Shown here: in pieces, positions 28,373 to 37,626 of the stretch
Numbering within the stretch: position 1 is the first letter of the stretch
Layout of the letters: each line of letters starts with the position of its first letter
Source: a virus
Length of the DNA stretch: 64,000 nt
IMG/VR virus record: IMGVR_UViG_3300037193_001436
Location: 1-64,000 of that record
Strand: one strand, 5' to 3'
Program-made: the position numbers and the translations under genes
Notes under the pieces: generated by a model
What the model saw: the letters and a program-made list of their open reading frames with translations, nothing else
Database searches by the model: none
What the model was told of the DNA's origin: nothing

Positions 28373-28828
28373 ATGCCAAGTAGGGGCAAGCCAGGTTTGC
28401 GAGTCGTGAGGGATGCGCAGCCGGAGGAAGTTGGTGATACCGAGAAGACCCAGGAAGCTCTCGACACGATGACCCCCGGTCAGCTCAAGTGCCGGGCCCG
28501 TCGAGGGCGTCACGTCTACGTCGGGTTTCAGGTGTTCGAGCACCGCACCTATCTCGACGTCATCCAGCAGTGCTCGATCTGCAAGAGCGTCCGGCGGCGT
28601 GCGACCTTCCGGCGAGTCACCTGGGGCAAGCGCCAAGGCCTGCGCCAGCTCACCGACTGGAAGCCGGTGTACCGCGACTCGAACGGCAAGCCGTACCTGC
28701 TTCCGAAGGGAGCAGCGCGGATCACGCGGGACTCAGAGTTCCAGGAGCAGTTGAACGCTCTGGAGATCCTGAGCGGAGGACGGATCATCCAAGTCCCGGA
28801 CGACGAGGACGACTACAGTGACGAGTAA
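28373..28828 (+). CDS. Hypothetical protein (C/H motifs)
   Basis: AGGAG RBS; 'CRARRGRH...CSIC'. Confidence 0.7.
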   Translation: MPSRGKPGLRVVRDAQPEEVGDTEKTQEALDTMTPGQLKCRARRGRHVYVGFQVFEHRTYLDVIQQCSICKSVRRRATFRRVTWGKRQGLRQLTDWKPVYRDSNGKPYLLPKGAARITRDSEFQEQLNALEILSGGRIIQVPDDEDDYSDE

Positions 28829-28852
28829 CAACTAGGAGAGGAAGCGGGGAGC

Positions 28853-29389
28853 ATGGCGAAGGATGTAGTGGTCGTCGTCTCGTGCGACAACTGCGGGGGC
28901 CAGGACAAGGAAGTGCAGGAGTTCCCTGCGATCAACTCAAAAGGCAAGCGGGTCATTCTGGACATGCACCCCAAGTGCCACGCGGAGATCTACGGGCCCG
29001 GCCTCGAACTGGCTGACAGCAAGGGTCAGCCGGTGGACAAGAGCAAGACGACGCCGAACTCCAAGCAGCCGGGCTACCGGCCGCCGTCGGAAGGTGCCGA
29101 GCGAGTCTGCCTGGTGTGTCCTGAGACTCGGACGTCGAACACCGGCATTCTGAACCACATGCAGGACGAGCACGGATTCCCGCACTCGGTGCCCGAGATC
29201 TACGGGCAGGTGTGCCCCATCGACGGCGACGAGTTTGAGGGGCTGCTGGCCCGGCACATCGGACAGGTGCACAAGGAGCACGGGCACATCTCCCGTGCCT
29301 TCGACTGGGCAAAGAGGAACGGCGACCCGCACGGCGTTGTCGCCGCACGAATCGCCGAGATGGAGAAGGTGGCCCACAAGGCCGCCTAG
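28853..29389 (+). CDS. Lsr2-like N-terminal domain fused to C2H2-like zinc fingers
   Basis: 'MAKDVVVVVSCDNCGG...ILDMHPKCHAEI' resembles Lsr2 oligomerisation domain; 'CLVC...NHMQDEH', 'CPID...RHIGQVH'. Confidence 0.55.
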   Translation: MAKDVVVVVSCDNCGGQDKEVQEFPAINSKGKRVILDMHPKCHAEIYGPGLELADSKGQPVDKSKTTPNSKQPGYRPPSEGAERVCLVCPETRTSNTGILNHMQDEHGFPHSVPEIYGQVCPIDGDEFEGLLARHIGQVHKEHGHISRAFDWAKRNGDPHGVVAARIAEMEKVAHKAA

Positions 29390-29573
29390 ACGGTCAGCTC
29401 CGGCCGGTCCGGCAGGTGAGTGGCGTAGGGAGCCATGGGGCAGTACTCGTGCTCCCCGCCCTCACTGCTGAGCCGGACGTCGACCCAGACCGGCAGGTCG
29501 GCCACCAGCGAGGTGTTCTCGATCTCCTCGCCGCAGTACCGGCAGTAGACGGGCAGGGTGGCCACGATGCTCA

Positions 29574-29870
29574 TCATGCACCCCGTACCCTCCGCCAGGC
29601 GTTGTTGCGGTCCAGCTCCCGGTAGAACACCTCACCGGGCTGGTCGGCAACGGTCTGAGTGTCCGGCCGGACGTCCTGCGCCGGGTAGCCGTAGTCCCTC
29701 ATGAACGAATCGGACACGTTGAGGCCAACCGCGTTCAGGGCACGTACGGCCCCGGCCCTGGAGGGCGCGGCCACGGCGTACTGGCACTGGGATACGTGCT
29801 CCGGCTGGTTCAGTTCCAGCCCGGCCAGCTTCGACGCGATGACCTGGTAGACCTGCGGCTTACGCGGCAT
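29574..29870 (-). CDS. Hypothetical protein
   Basis: GGAGAGG RBS, ATG 29870. Confidence 0.65.
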   Translation of the reverse strand: MPRKPQVYQVIASKLAGLELNQPEHVSQCQYAVAAPSRAGAVRALNAVGLNVSDSFMRDYGYPAQDVRPDTQTVADQPGEVFYRELDRNNAWRRVRGA

Positions 29871-29934
29871 GGCGGTGTCCTCTCCGATGGTGTGGCGGCG
29901 GGAGCCCCGTGACCCCCGCCGCCGGGTCTGTGTG

Positions 29935-31323
29935 TCAGCCCAGATCGATGTTGTGCGCGAGCTTGTAGCACCACTCGCAGTCCGGGTGGGCGTTGCCCTC
30001 GCCCTGGTGCGGGTAGACCCACTCATCGTCGATCTCGACCATCTTGTTGTGCTTGGCGGTGTGGTGGGCGCTGAAGACCTCGCCGGTCGCCGGGTTGATG
30101 TTGATGCACCGGGTGACGACCGTGGCCTTGGTGCCCTTGAACTCGTCGAGATCCTTGACCGTGCCCCGGAAGTGCACCTCGACGCCCTCCTTGTCGCCGA
30201 AGTACTCCGAGCTGGCGAACCACTTCACCAGGTTGCCCTCGGCGGTGAGGACCGTGTACAGCACGGTGGTGCCGTAGTCGCCCTCGATGTACTTGATGGC
30301 GGCCAGGGTGCCCTTGACGACGATCTTGTCCTTGGGCTTGCCCAGGAAGACGCTGGCAGCCTGGGCGGTCTCCCGGGCGGCCTTCTCGGCGGCCCACTGG
30401 GCCTCGCGGGCAGCACGCTCGGCGGCGCTCTCCAGGTGCCGCGTGTAGGCCTGCGGGGCGCTGGCGACGATACCGATCAGCTTCCAGCCGATCTCCTCGG
30501 CGGCGACGGCGACCTTGAGGTTGTCGACGTAGGTGGAGCGGCCGGAGAACTCCTCCGACAGGACCCAGGCCTTGACGATCGCGGCGCGCTCCTTGGCCTC
30601 GTCGATGTAGGCGCGGGCCGGGGCCAGGGCCTCGATGTCGCGGCGGGTCGGGCGGACCGCGCCGATCAGGAGCCGGACGACGGCGGAGGTGGGCTGGCCG
30701 TAGGCGGCCGAGCTGGGGACCCAGCCGAAGGCCCGGGTGGCGGCGTGCGCGGCGGCCAGGACGGTCTCGACGGTGTAGGTGCGCTCGCCGGTGCCGGAGA
30801 CGCCGAAGCAGTCGCGCTCGACGTCCTCCTCGGAGATGAAGGCGAAGTTGCCCGTCCAGCCCAGGAAGTCCTTGATGCAGGTGCTGCCGACGTTCTTGAT
30901 CGTGCCGTCGGTGTGCCGGACCAGGTAGGTGTTGTTGCGGTCGCGGTCGATGCCGCAGTGGTCGCAGTGCCCGGCACGGACGAGGTCGCGGTCGACGTAC
31001 TCGACGCCCGGGGCGGTGGCGATGGTGAAGCTGTCGGCGACCCGGTCGACGCGGGCCAGGAAGGTCCAGTCGTTGTACTTCGGGGTCTCGCCGGTGATCT
31101 TGGCCCGGTACAGGACCTCGGTGATGTCGAAGCCCAGCTCGTTGCGGGTGGTCCGCTCGAAGCGCTCCGCCGTGATCTCGAACCGGCCGGTGAAGCCGCG
31201 CTTCTCGGCGCGAGCGTTGATCTTCGCGATCTTCTCGCGGGTGAGCGCCAGCTCGGCCGGACTCAGGACGACGCCCGGGTGCTCGTCGAGCTGGTCGGCC
31301 GGGGTGGTGGCGGTGTCGTTCAT
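29935..31323 (-). CDS. Phage protein with Zn-binding motif and C-terminal OB-fold-like domain
   Basis: 'CDHC...VGSTCIKDFLG'; beta-rich C-terminus; promoter cassette upstream. Confidence 0.75.
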   Translation of the reverse strand: MNDTATTPADQLDEHPGVVLSPAELALTREKIAKINARAEKRGFTGRFEITAERFERTTRNELGFDITEVLYRAKITGETPKYNDWTFLARVDRVADSFTIATAPGVEYVDRDLVRAGHCDHCGIDRDRNNTYLVRHTDGTIKNVGSTCIKDFLGWTGNFAFISEEDVERDCFGVSGTGERTYTVETVLAAAHAATRAFGWVPSSAAYGQPTSAVVRLLIGAVRPTRRDIEALAPARAYIDEAKERAAIVKAWVLSEEFSGRSTYVDNLKVAVAAEEIGWKLIGIVASAPQAYTRHLESAAERAAREAQWAAEKAARETAQAASVFLGKPKDKIVVKGTLAAIKYIEGDYGTTVLYTVLTAEGNLVKWFASSEYFGDKEGVEVHFRGTVKDLDEFKGTKATVVTRCININPATGEVFSAHHTAKHNKMVEIDDEWVYPHQGEGNAHPDCEWCYKLAHNIDLG

Positions 31324-31336
31324 GGTGGCTCCTCGT

Positions 31337-31393
31337 GCGTGGTGGAGACACCAGTAAAGCATGGGAGCGAGGCATGTGTCTACATCGCTCTCA
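31337..31393 (-). promoter_or_regulatory. Repeated promoter cassette, copy 4
   Basis: + strand GCGTGGTGG...AGTAAAGCATGGGAGCGAGGCATGTGTCTACATCGCTCTC. Confidence 0.75.
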
Positions 31394-31521
31394 CCCTCTC
31401 CGGCGGCGCGTGGTTAGCCCCGGGCAGCCCCCCGTTCCTCAGTAAGCCGCCCGGGGTCTCTCTAACCCCACACACAGAACGAACAACTGCTCAGTCACGA
31501 AGAAGTTACTCGTTTGAGGGA

Positions 31522-31556
31522 AAAAAGTTGCCCCCAGCGTGAACCGGGGGCAACTC
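31522..31556 (-). terminator. Intrinsic terminator
   Basis: AGTTGCCCCC...GGGGGCAACT hairpin followed by TTTTTT on - strand. Confidence 0.85.
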
Positions 31557-31605
31557 ACTTATGGTAGGGACCCTACTGAATCCAGGGTCCCCCGCTGACG
31601 AACGC

Positions 31606-32397
31606 TCAGCGCAGCTTGACGAAGGTCGTCAGGACCTCGGCGCTGATCTGGTCGCCGCCGAAGCCGGACCGGTCCTCGTTGTAGCCGAAGCCGTAGACGG
31701 TGATGGTCTGCGGCCCGACCAGGGTGAAGGACTTCGACGCCGACTGGGTCAGCTCGACGTACCCGGCCTTGCTGACCGGCACGCCCATGATGGTCCCGGC
31801 GTCACCGGTCTTCGCGCCGGAGTCGGTGTCGAACCGGAGCGCGACCATCGGGTAGGTGTCCGTGGTCGGGGTGACGTAGTCCGGGCTGTTGGCGTCGACC
31901 CGGTCGAAGATGGCGTTGGTGTTCGCCAGGTAGGTGCCCGCCTGCAGGTTCACCGTGCCGAGCACCGTGGCGTTGGTCGCGAACGAACCGCCGATCTTGG
32001 CGATCTTGGTCGGCCCGTTGGTCATGAACGACTTGGCCAGCGGGATCGAGTTGCTCAGGGCCAGCGCCTGGTCGGCCGAGGTCTTGGCGGCGTCCGCCGT
32101 GGTCTTGGCCGTGTTGCTGGTGGCGATGGTCTTGTTGATGTTGGCCCGGAAGTCCGAGCCCATCTTCGACCACGGCAGGGTGTTGTCGAGGACGTCCCAG
32201 CCACCGATGGACTTGTCCTTGATCTTCCAGGTGTCGACCGCCCCGGTCTGGATCTGCACGTTGCCGACCGAGTTCTTCGGCAGCGGCAGCGGAGCGTACG
32301 CCGTCGGGGCGGCGACAGCGCCACCGCTGAGGCTGACCGCCGTCGCGAGCGCCGCGACCCCCAGAACGGACAGGCGTGCGATGTTCTTGACCTGCAT
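31606..32397 (-). CDS. Secreted protein
   Basis: GAGGAGG RBS, Sec-type signal peptide. Confidence 0.75.
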   Translation of the reverse strand: MQVKNIARLSVLGVAALATAVSLSGGAVAAPTAYAPLPLPKNSVGNVQIQTGAVDTWKIKDKSIGGWDVLDNTLPWSKMGSDFRANINKTIATSNTAKTTADAAKTSADQALALSNSIPLAKSFMTNGPTKIAKIGGSFATNATVLGTVNLQAGTYLANTNAIFDRVDANSPDYVTPTTDTYPMVALRFDTDSGAKTGDAGTIMGVPVSKAGYVELTQSASKSFTLVGPQTITVYGFGYNEDRSGFGGDQISAEVLTTFVKLR

Positions 32398-32440
32398 GGT
32401 GTTTCCCCTCCTCGTGTCCGGCCACCTTAGGACCGGATCG

Positions 32441-32498
32441 TGGAGCGCCGGGGATCGAACCCGGATGTTGCCCCAGGCAACCGCCTTGGCAACGCCCC
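32441..32498 (-). ncRNA. Truncated tRNA-like element (58 nt)
   Basis: GGGGCG/CGCTCC acceptor-like stem, T-arm CCGGG-TTCGATC-CCCGG, no normal anticodon loop. Confidence 0.5.
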
Positions 32499-32506
32499 TC
32501 CTGCTG

Positions 32507-33094
32507 CTAGTTCGTCCAGAGCTGCGAGCTGTACTCGAAGCCGGGCGCGAACTCGAACACGATGTCCTTGGGGTTCGCGACCCCGAACGCGACCTTGAAC
32601 TTGGTCTGCCGACCGTTGAGGACCTTCGTGTCCGGCGAACCGTTGAACCCGTTCGCCGAGTCGAAGATCTCCTCGCCCTCGACGTCACCACTCTGGACGT
32701 TGGCGGTGGTCATCGAGGGGTCGAAGGTCTTGCCGGTCTTGTTCACGATGACGACCGTGAACTGGACGGCGTACTTGAACTTGTCGCCGCCGAAGCCGCT
32801 GTCGGTGGACTTGTACGCCTTCGGTGCCGACACCGTGGCTGACAGCCCGTTCTCCCAGGTGAACGCCTTGCCGAACTTCAGCGTGACGTCCTCGGGCGTG
32901 GGCTCCTCGGTCGGCGTCTCCGTCGCGGGGTCCTCAGCGGGTGCGCTGGTGGCCGTGGTCGACGGGAGCGCGTTGGTCCCCGTCGGCTGCGAGGTGGCCG
33001 CCTCCCCGGTCATACCCGCGCCGCAGGCGGCCAGGCTGACGATGGCGGCACCGGCCGCGAGGGCCAGGGTGATCTTGCGGAACTGCTGAGACAT
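32507..33094 (-). CDS. Lipoprotein (DUF4352-like)
   Basis: Lipobox LAAC, T/P/E-rich linker, beta-rich domain. Confidence 0.8.
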   Translation of the reverse strand: MSQQFRKITLALAAGAAIVSLAACGAGMTGEAATSQPTGTNALPSTTATSAPAEDPATETPTEEPTPEDVTLKFGKAFTWENGLSATVSAPKAYKSTDSGFGGDKFKYAVQFTVVIVNKTGKTFDPSMTTANVQSGDVEGEEIFDSANGFNGSPDTKVLNGRQTKFKVAFGVANPKDIVFEFAPGFEYSSQLWTN

Positions 33095-33194
33095 GTGGTG
33101 TCTCCCCCTCCTGTGGTGGTGATGGTCCGGCCCCTCCCCGGACTAGACCGGGGAGAGGCTACCGGGTTCCCTATCGGTTTGGGAATACGGAGTG

Positions 33195-33446
33195 TTACAT
33201 CGGTGCCGAAAGCAGTTTCGTAGCCTGCTCCAGGGCCGGGTAGACCTCGGCAACCTGCCAGACGCGCTTGAGCGCGCCGTCGACCACCTTCTCGACCAGC
33301 TCCTCGACCTGGACCTTGATCCCGTCGACCAGCCAGACGCGGTAGTCATCCCCCGCGACCTTCAGCTCCATCCCGTCGTCGCCGTAGTGGAGCGTCTTGC
33401 CGTTCTCCAGCTCGTCGAGTCGCCAGACGTAGACCGGGCGTGGCAT
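33195..33446 (-). CDS. Hypothetical protein
   Basis: AAGGAGGT RBS. Confidence 0.7.
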   Translation of the reverse strand: MPRPVYVWRLDELENGKTLHYGDDGMELKVAGDDYRVWLVDGIKVQVEELVEKVVDGALKRVWQVAEVYPALEQATKLLSAPM

Positions 33447-33553
33447 GATGTTGTTACACCTCCTTCCCTTGCCCTAGGCAACGGATTGGTTGGTGGGTGG
33501 GGGCCCAGCCAGACCCTCCCAAGGTTCACCGGCTGGGTCCCCAGTCTTTGGAC

Positions 33554-33847
33554 TCAGTCCCGATCGAGCAGCCGGTTCTGGGACTCGCGGGCCGTCGTGG
33601 CCGTCGCTGCCAGCATGTGCTGGAGCCAGCCGATCTGCGCCCAGACGATCGCGGTGACGATCGCCCCGCCTAGGAGCGTGAGGATGAAGTACAGGGTGGC
33701 GCGACCATCGGTACCGTCGGCCTGTCCGGTCGCCACGGCCAGTGAGAACGCTGCGATCACGGTGCCGACGATGGTGAGCACCATCGCCAGGACCTTGACC
33801 ATGTGGAGCGCCCGGACCAGTCGCACGGCGGCGTCGTAGTTGAACAA
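33554..33847 (-). CDS. Membrane protein
   Basis: Two TM segments, AAGGAGG RBS. Confidence 0.7.
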   Translation of the reverse strand: MFNYDAAVRLVRALHMVKVLAMVLTIVGTVIAAFSLAVATGQADGTDGRATLYFILTLLGGAIVTAIVWAQIGWLQHMLAATATTARESQNRLLDRD

Positions 33848-33870
33848 GGTGTTCCCCTCCTTATCGAGTC

Positions 33871-34251
33871 GGCTGAGCTGCCGAGGTCCGGCCCACGGGC
33901 CGGGGAGACTGCTACTCAGACGCGGGCTGGATCAGGGCGAACAGGCGGCCGACCGAGGCCAGGTCGTTCTTGATCTGGGTCAGCTCGCGGCCCTTCTCGG
34001 TGGCGCTGTCGGCCGCGTTGGCGACCACGGTGGAGTACGACTCCAACCACTGCAGCAGTGACACGCCATTGTCGATGTGACGGGTGCTGTGCACCAGGCC
34101 GCTGTAGCGGAGACCTGACAGCGCGGCGCGGATCTTGGTGGCCTGGTCCTCGGTGATGTAGATGTCCATGAGGTAGTGCTCCTTCTGGGTTGTGGTGGAT
34201 TTGGCTGAGCTGCCGAGGTCCGGCCCGTGGGCCGGGGAGACTGCGGCTCAG
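33871..34251. repeat. Approximately 49-bp direct repeats (33871-33919, 34203-34251) flanking one gene
   Basis: GGCTGAGCTGCCGAGGTCCGGCCC(AC/GT)GGGCCGGGGAGACTGC..CTCAG. Confidence 0.9.
33912..34169 (-). CDS. Hypothetical protein
   Basis: AAGGAG RBS; between direct repeats. Confidence 0.7.
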   Translation of the reverse strand: MDIYITEDQATKIRAALSGLRYSGLVHSTRHIDNGVSLLQWLESYSTVVANAADSATEKGRELTQIKNDLASVGRLFALIQPASE

Positions 34252-34955
34252 GCGGCCTTGTGCTTCCGCATCCTGCCGAGCGAGCTGATGGCGATGGCCT
34301 GCTCGCAGTGGCTGCAGACCCCGTAGTTGCCGGAGGCGTAGCCGCGCCGGGCGGTCTCGCGGGGGTAGTCCATCGTGCCGGAGCCGGGACACAGGCCCTC
34401 CTCGACCGGCTTCTGGGTGCGAGCAACCGGGGCGTCGGGGAAGCAGACGGTGCACAGGATCTCGGAAGAGCCCCGCTTGTCCCAGTAGGCGATCGCCTCG
34501 GCCATCGTCATGCCGGAGACTTCCGGCATCCAGCCGTACTGGGTGCGGGGGTTGCAGGTGGAGCAGTGCATCGACGAGTGGATGTGGCCGTCGCTGCTGG
34601 TGACAAGGAAGAACCGGCTCCAGCCCCGCAGGTCGTGCTCGGCCTCCAGCGGCTCGGCGGCGCGCTTGGCCTCCAAGACCGCCTCGCGCATCTTGTCCAG
34701 GGTGTCCAGGATCCGCTGCGCTGCCCGAGCCTCGTAGGAGTCGGTCGCGGCGAACTGACGCGCCTTGATCTCGGCGTCCACGAAGTCCAGCTCATACACC
34801 CGGTGGTTCCGACTGACCTGACGGCCCGGGTCCCCGGCGTACCGGTGGATGTCACCGGCCAGCCGCTGGATGCGGTCCTCGGCGGCGAGCTGCTTGCCGT
34901 ACAGCTCGGCGAGCTTGGTGTCGATCTCGACGGGGGTGGCGGTCTTGCGATCCAT
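34248..34955 (-). CDS. Actinophage protein with Zn-binding motifs
   Basis: 'GHIHSSMHCSTC...LCTVCFPDAP...CSHC'. Confidence 0.75.
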   Translation of the reverse strand: MDRKTATPVEIDTKLAELYGKQLAAEDRIQRLAGDIHRYAGDPGRQVSRNHRVYELDFVDAEIKARQFAATDSYEARAAQRILDTLDKMREAVLEAKRAAEPLEAEHDLRGWSRFFLVTSSDGHIHSSMHCSTCNPRTQYGWMPEVSGMTMAEAIAYWDKRGSSEILCTVCFPDAPVARTQKPVEEGLCPGSGTMDYPRETARRGYASGNYGVCSHCEQAIAISSLGRMRKHKAA

Positions 34956-34970
34956 CGTGACTCCTTGGTG

Positions 34971-35039
34971 CGCGTGGTGGGTACCCAGCAAGTATGAGGG
35001 ACCTGCGAGCCATGTGTCAACATGACTGGCAGGTCCCTC
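34971..35039 (-). promoter_or_regulatory. Repeated hairpin-promoter cassette, copy 5
   Basis: GAGGGACCTGC...GCAGGTCCCTC inverted repeat enclosing TTGACA on - strand. Confidence 0.8.
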
Positions 35040-35237
35040 GAAGCAGGCGGGTTCAGTCGGGGCTGGGCTTCAGGAAATCCGCCAGCGCATTTCGATCCTC
35101 GGGACTGAAGATGACCACGGAGACTCCGGCAGGACCCTTGACCCTCATGGTCATGCCGCCACTCTCCAGCAGCAGGAACGTCGTCACACGCTTGTTGAGC
35201 GACTGGTGGACCAGCAGGTCTTTCTGGAGGTCGACGC

Positions 35238-36026
35238 TCATCGGTTCTCCTTGCGCGCCTGGAGGTCGACGCCGTAGCTCTTCAGCATCTCCTCGAACGA
35301 CTTGGCTTCGGCGATCCGCTGCTCAACGTCGAAGTCACGGACCATCGACTCGTTCTCCTCATCGATCCAGGTCGGGGGGCCGTACGGGAACGAGTTCAGG
35401 AACTCGACGAACTGGTCATCGCACCACGGCGGAACCCACGCGCCGGACCGGCACACGAAGACGAGGTCGTAGCTGATGTCGACCGGCTTGCCGTCATCGA
35501 TGCGCCGGTCGACGGGGATCACCGGCTGGGGGTCAACGGTGAGCGCTTCGGTGAACCACTGCGGGTAGTGCACGTGCAGCTCGGAGCAGCCTCGCCGGTA
35601 GTGCTCGATCATCCAGTCCTCGCAGGAGAGCGTGCCGCGCCGCTGCCACTCGCCCAGACTGCCGATGTTGTAGCCGCTGTCGTGGTGCGCGTCGTACAGG
35701 TCGACTCGCGCCCAGTGGTCCCCGTCGAGGCCGATCGTCGAGGGCTGCAGCAGCCCGGCGTATAGGTTGCTGTCGGCAACTAGCAAGGATGGCCACTCCT
35801 GAAGGTCGAAGCGCGTCCAGAAGTTCTCGAAGCCGCTCGCACGGGGCAGTGGGAGACCGTTGAGGACGAACGGCTGGACCCGGTCGCGCCAGATGTCGTT
35901 GACGTGGAACTGGGACTCACGGTGGCCCCAGTCGTACAGGAAGATGTCCTCTCGCCCGACGCCGTTGTGCATCGGGTTGGGGAAGAAGTAGTCCCAGTCC
36001 ACGACCAGGAAATTGAGTCCGGTCAT
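35238..36026 (-). CDS. UPF0489/arginase-deacetylase-fold metallohydrolase-like protein
   Basis: 'VVDWDYFF', 'DAHHD', 'CRSGAWVPPWCDDQF'. Confidence 0.7.
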   Translation of the reverse strand: MTGLNFLVVDWDYFFPNPMHNGVGREDIFLYDWGHRESQFHVNDIWRDRVQPFVLNGLPLPRASGFENFWTRFDLQEWPSLLVADSNLYAGLLQPSTIGLDGDHWARVDLYDAHHDSGYNIGSLGEWQRRGTLSCEDWMIEHYRRGCSELHVHYPQWFTEALTVDPQPVIPVDRRIDDGKPVDISYDLVFVCRSGAWVPPWCDDQFVEFLNSFPYGPPTWIDEENESMVRDFDVEQRIAEAKSFEEMLKSYGVDLQARKENR

Positions 36027-36037
36027 CGTGCCTCTCC

Positions 36038-36775
36038 TCAGGTGGTAACGAGGGCCAGCGTAGCCCCGGAGTTGTTATTCTGGGCCTGCTTGGCCTGCTC
36101 CTCGGCGATCCAGCGCTTGCGCCAGGTCCGGCCCATCTTGTCGTCAGCTCCGGCCGCACGGGCCAGCTCAGCGCCGGACGGCATCCGCCCCTCGGCCCGA
36201 GCTGCGTCCCAGCAGGCCCGCGCGTGCGGCTCCTTGACCGCAGGCCGACCCCGGCGCTTCGGCGAGTCATCGACAACGTGGACCGGCTCGGGCTCCGGCT
36301 CAACCGGCGCGGTCTCGACAACCACCGGCTCCGGCTCGGGCTCGATGCTCTCGGCAACGATGTCCTGGACGACGACCGGCTCGGGCTGCTGCAGGGTGGC
36401 CAGCGTGGCCAGGTGGCCGACAGCGCCGAGGGCGATCGGCGGGATCGAGCCGACGATGATCGCCAGCACGACCCGGATGACCGAGGCGTTGTGCATGCTC
36501 ACGATGTGGCCGACGGCGTTGCCGACCACGGACGCGACCAGCGCGGCCACAGAGACACCCCGGGCGTAGCGCCGGGCGTGCGCGTCGGCGAAGTCCGACA
36601 GCCAGACCCGGCCGGACACGATCGCCAGCACGTCGAGGCAGACCGGGAACATCCAGGCCGTCTTGCCGTGCCAGCCGACCCACACGGCCAGGCTGATCAG
36701 GGTGCTGAAGCTGGCCGCGATCGCGACCCCGCCGACGATGGCGAGGCCGACCAGGACCCACGGGTCGCGCTTCAC
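36038..36775 (-). CDS. DUF2637/SpdB-like membrane protein with C-terminal HTH
   Basis: 'AASFSTLISLA...GW...AWMFPVCLD', 4 TM, 'PSGAELARAAG'. Confidence 0.8.
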   Translation of the reverse strand: MKRDPWVLVGLAIVGGVAIAASFSTLISLAVWVGWHGKTAWMFPVCLDVLAIVSGRVWLSDFADAHARRYARGVSVAALVASVVGNAVGHIVSMHNASVIRVVLAIIVGSIPPIALGAVGHLATLATLQQPEPVVVQDIVAESIEPEPEPVVVETAPVEPEPEPVHVVDDSPKRRGRPAVKEPHARACWDAARAEGRMPSGAELARAAGADDKMGRTWRKRWIAEEQAKQAQNNNSGATLALVTT

Positions 36776-37296
36776 GACAGGACCTCCTTCAGGGCGGTCA
36801 GGATCTGGGTGCGCGTGGGGAGCACCGGCCACGGACCTTCCGGCCTGCTCGTGACCGAGTAGTCGGTGTGGCGGAGCAGGGCCTGCCACAGGGTCGTGAC
36901 GCGCGGCTCGCTGGTCAGGATGATCGAGTAGGAGCTGTCCCAGCTCGATTCGGACGGCTGGTCGACGACGGCGAAGATCCGGGCGCGGGCGTCGGAGCCG
37001 AGCTTGCCGAAGAGGCTGGACCCGTTGTCGAGGTGCATCATCAGCTCCAGCGACTCCTCGGTGCCGAGGACCGGGGACGTGATGCTCAGGATCTGCCAGT
37101 CCTCCAGGACGACGGTGATCTCGTCCTCCTCGCCCAGCATGAGGGCCTGGAGGAGATCGGCCACGATGCGGGTGTCTCCGGCCCAGACGACCTGGCGGCC
37201 GTCGTCAGTGGTGCCGGTCATCCGGACGACGCTACCGTCCTGGATCGCCGATCCGGCGTCGCCCAGGTCGACGGTGATGGTCAGGTGGTCGTCCAT
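36772..37296 (-). CDS. Hypothetical protein
   Basis: Operon overlaps. Confidence 0.7.
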   Translation of the reverse strand: MDDHLTITVDLGDAGSAIQDGSVVRMTGTTDDGRQVVWAGDTRIVADLLQALMLGEEDEITVVLEDWQILSITSPVLGTEESLELMMHLDNGSSLFGKLGSDARARIFAVVDQPSESSWDSSYSIILTSEPRVTTLWQALLRHTDYSVTSRPEGPWPVLPTRTQILTALKEVLS

Positions 37297-37601
37297 CAGG
37301 ACCTCCCCAGAATGTTGGAGATGGCTCGGGCCACGCGGCTGTCGTCGATCGGCGCGGTGTCCTCGGGCCAGAGCTTGAGGATCAGCTTGCCGGTCGACAG
37401 GTCGAACACGTAGGACAGGTACTTCGGCATCTCTCGGTGGATCCGGCGCAGCTCGGCGCTGATGACCTTGACGTCGTCGGTCCGCTTGGTGACCTGCAGC
37501 TTGCGCTTGACCGGGTTCGGAACTGCGACGGCGTACCGCTTGTTCGCGGCGCAGCGGACCTTCAGCCCGTCGGCGCTCAGCGTCTTGGCGTTGCGAGACA
37601 T
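37296..37601 (-). CDS. Basic hypothetical protein
   Basis: CCACCAC box and AGGAG RBS. Confidence 0.7.
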   Translation of the reverse strand: MSRNAKTLSADGLKVRCAANKRYAVAVPNPVKRKLQVTKRTDDVKVISAELRRIHREMPKYLSYVFDLSTGKLILKLWPEDTAPIDDSRVARAISNILGRS

Positions 37602-37626
37602 GGGTGCTCCTGTGGTGGTTTTGATT

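Noticed and set aside
29869-31542. Long + strand ORFs (also 8155-9546, 21310-22593, 23101-24546, 38822-40453, 56144-57334, 58504-59838)
   Set aside because: Antisense shadows of real - strand genes, expected in high-GC DNA; no motifs or RBS.
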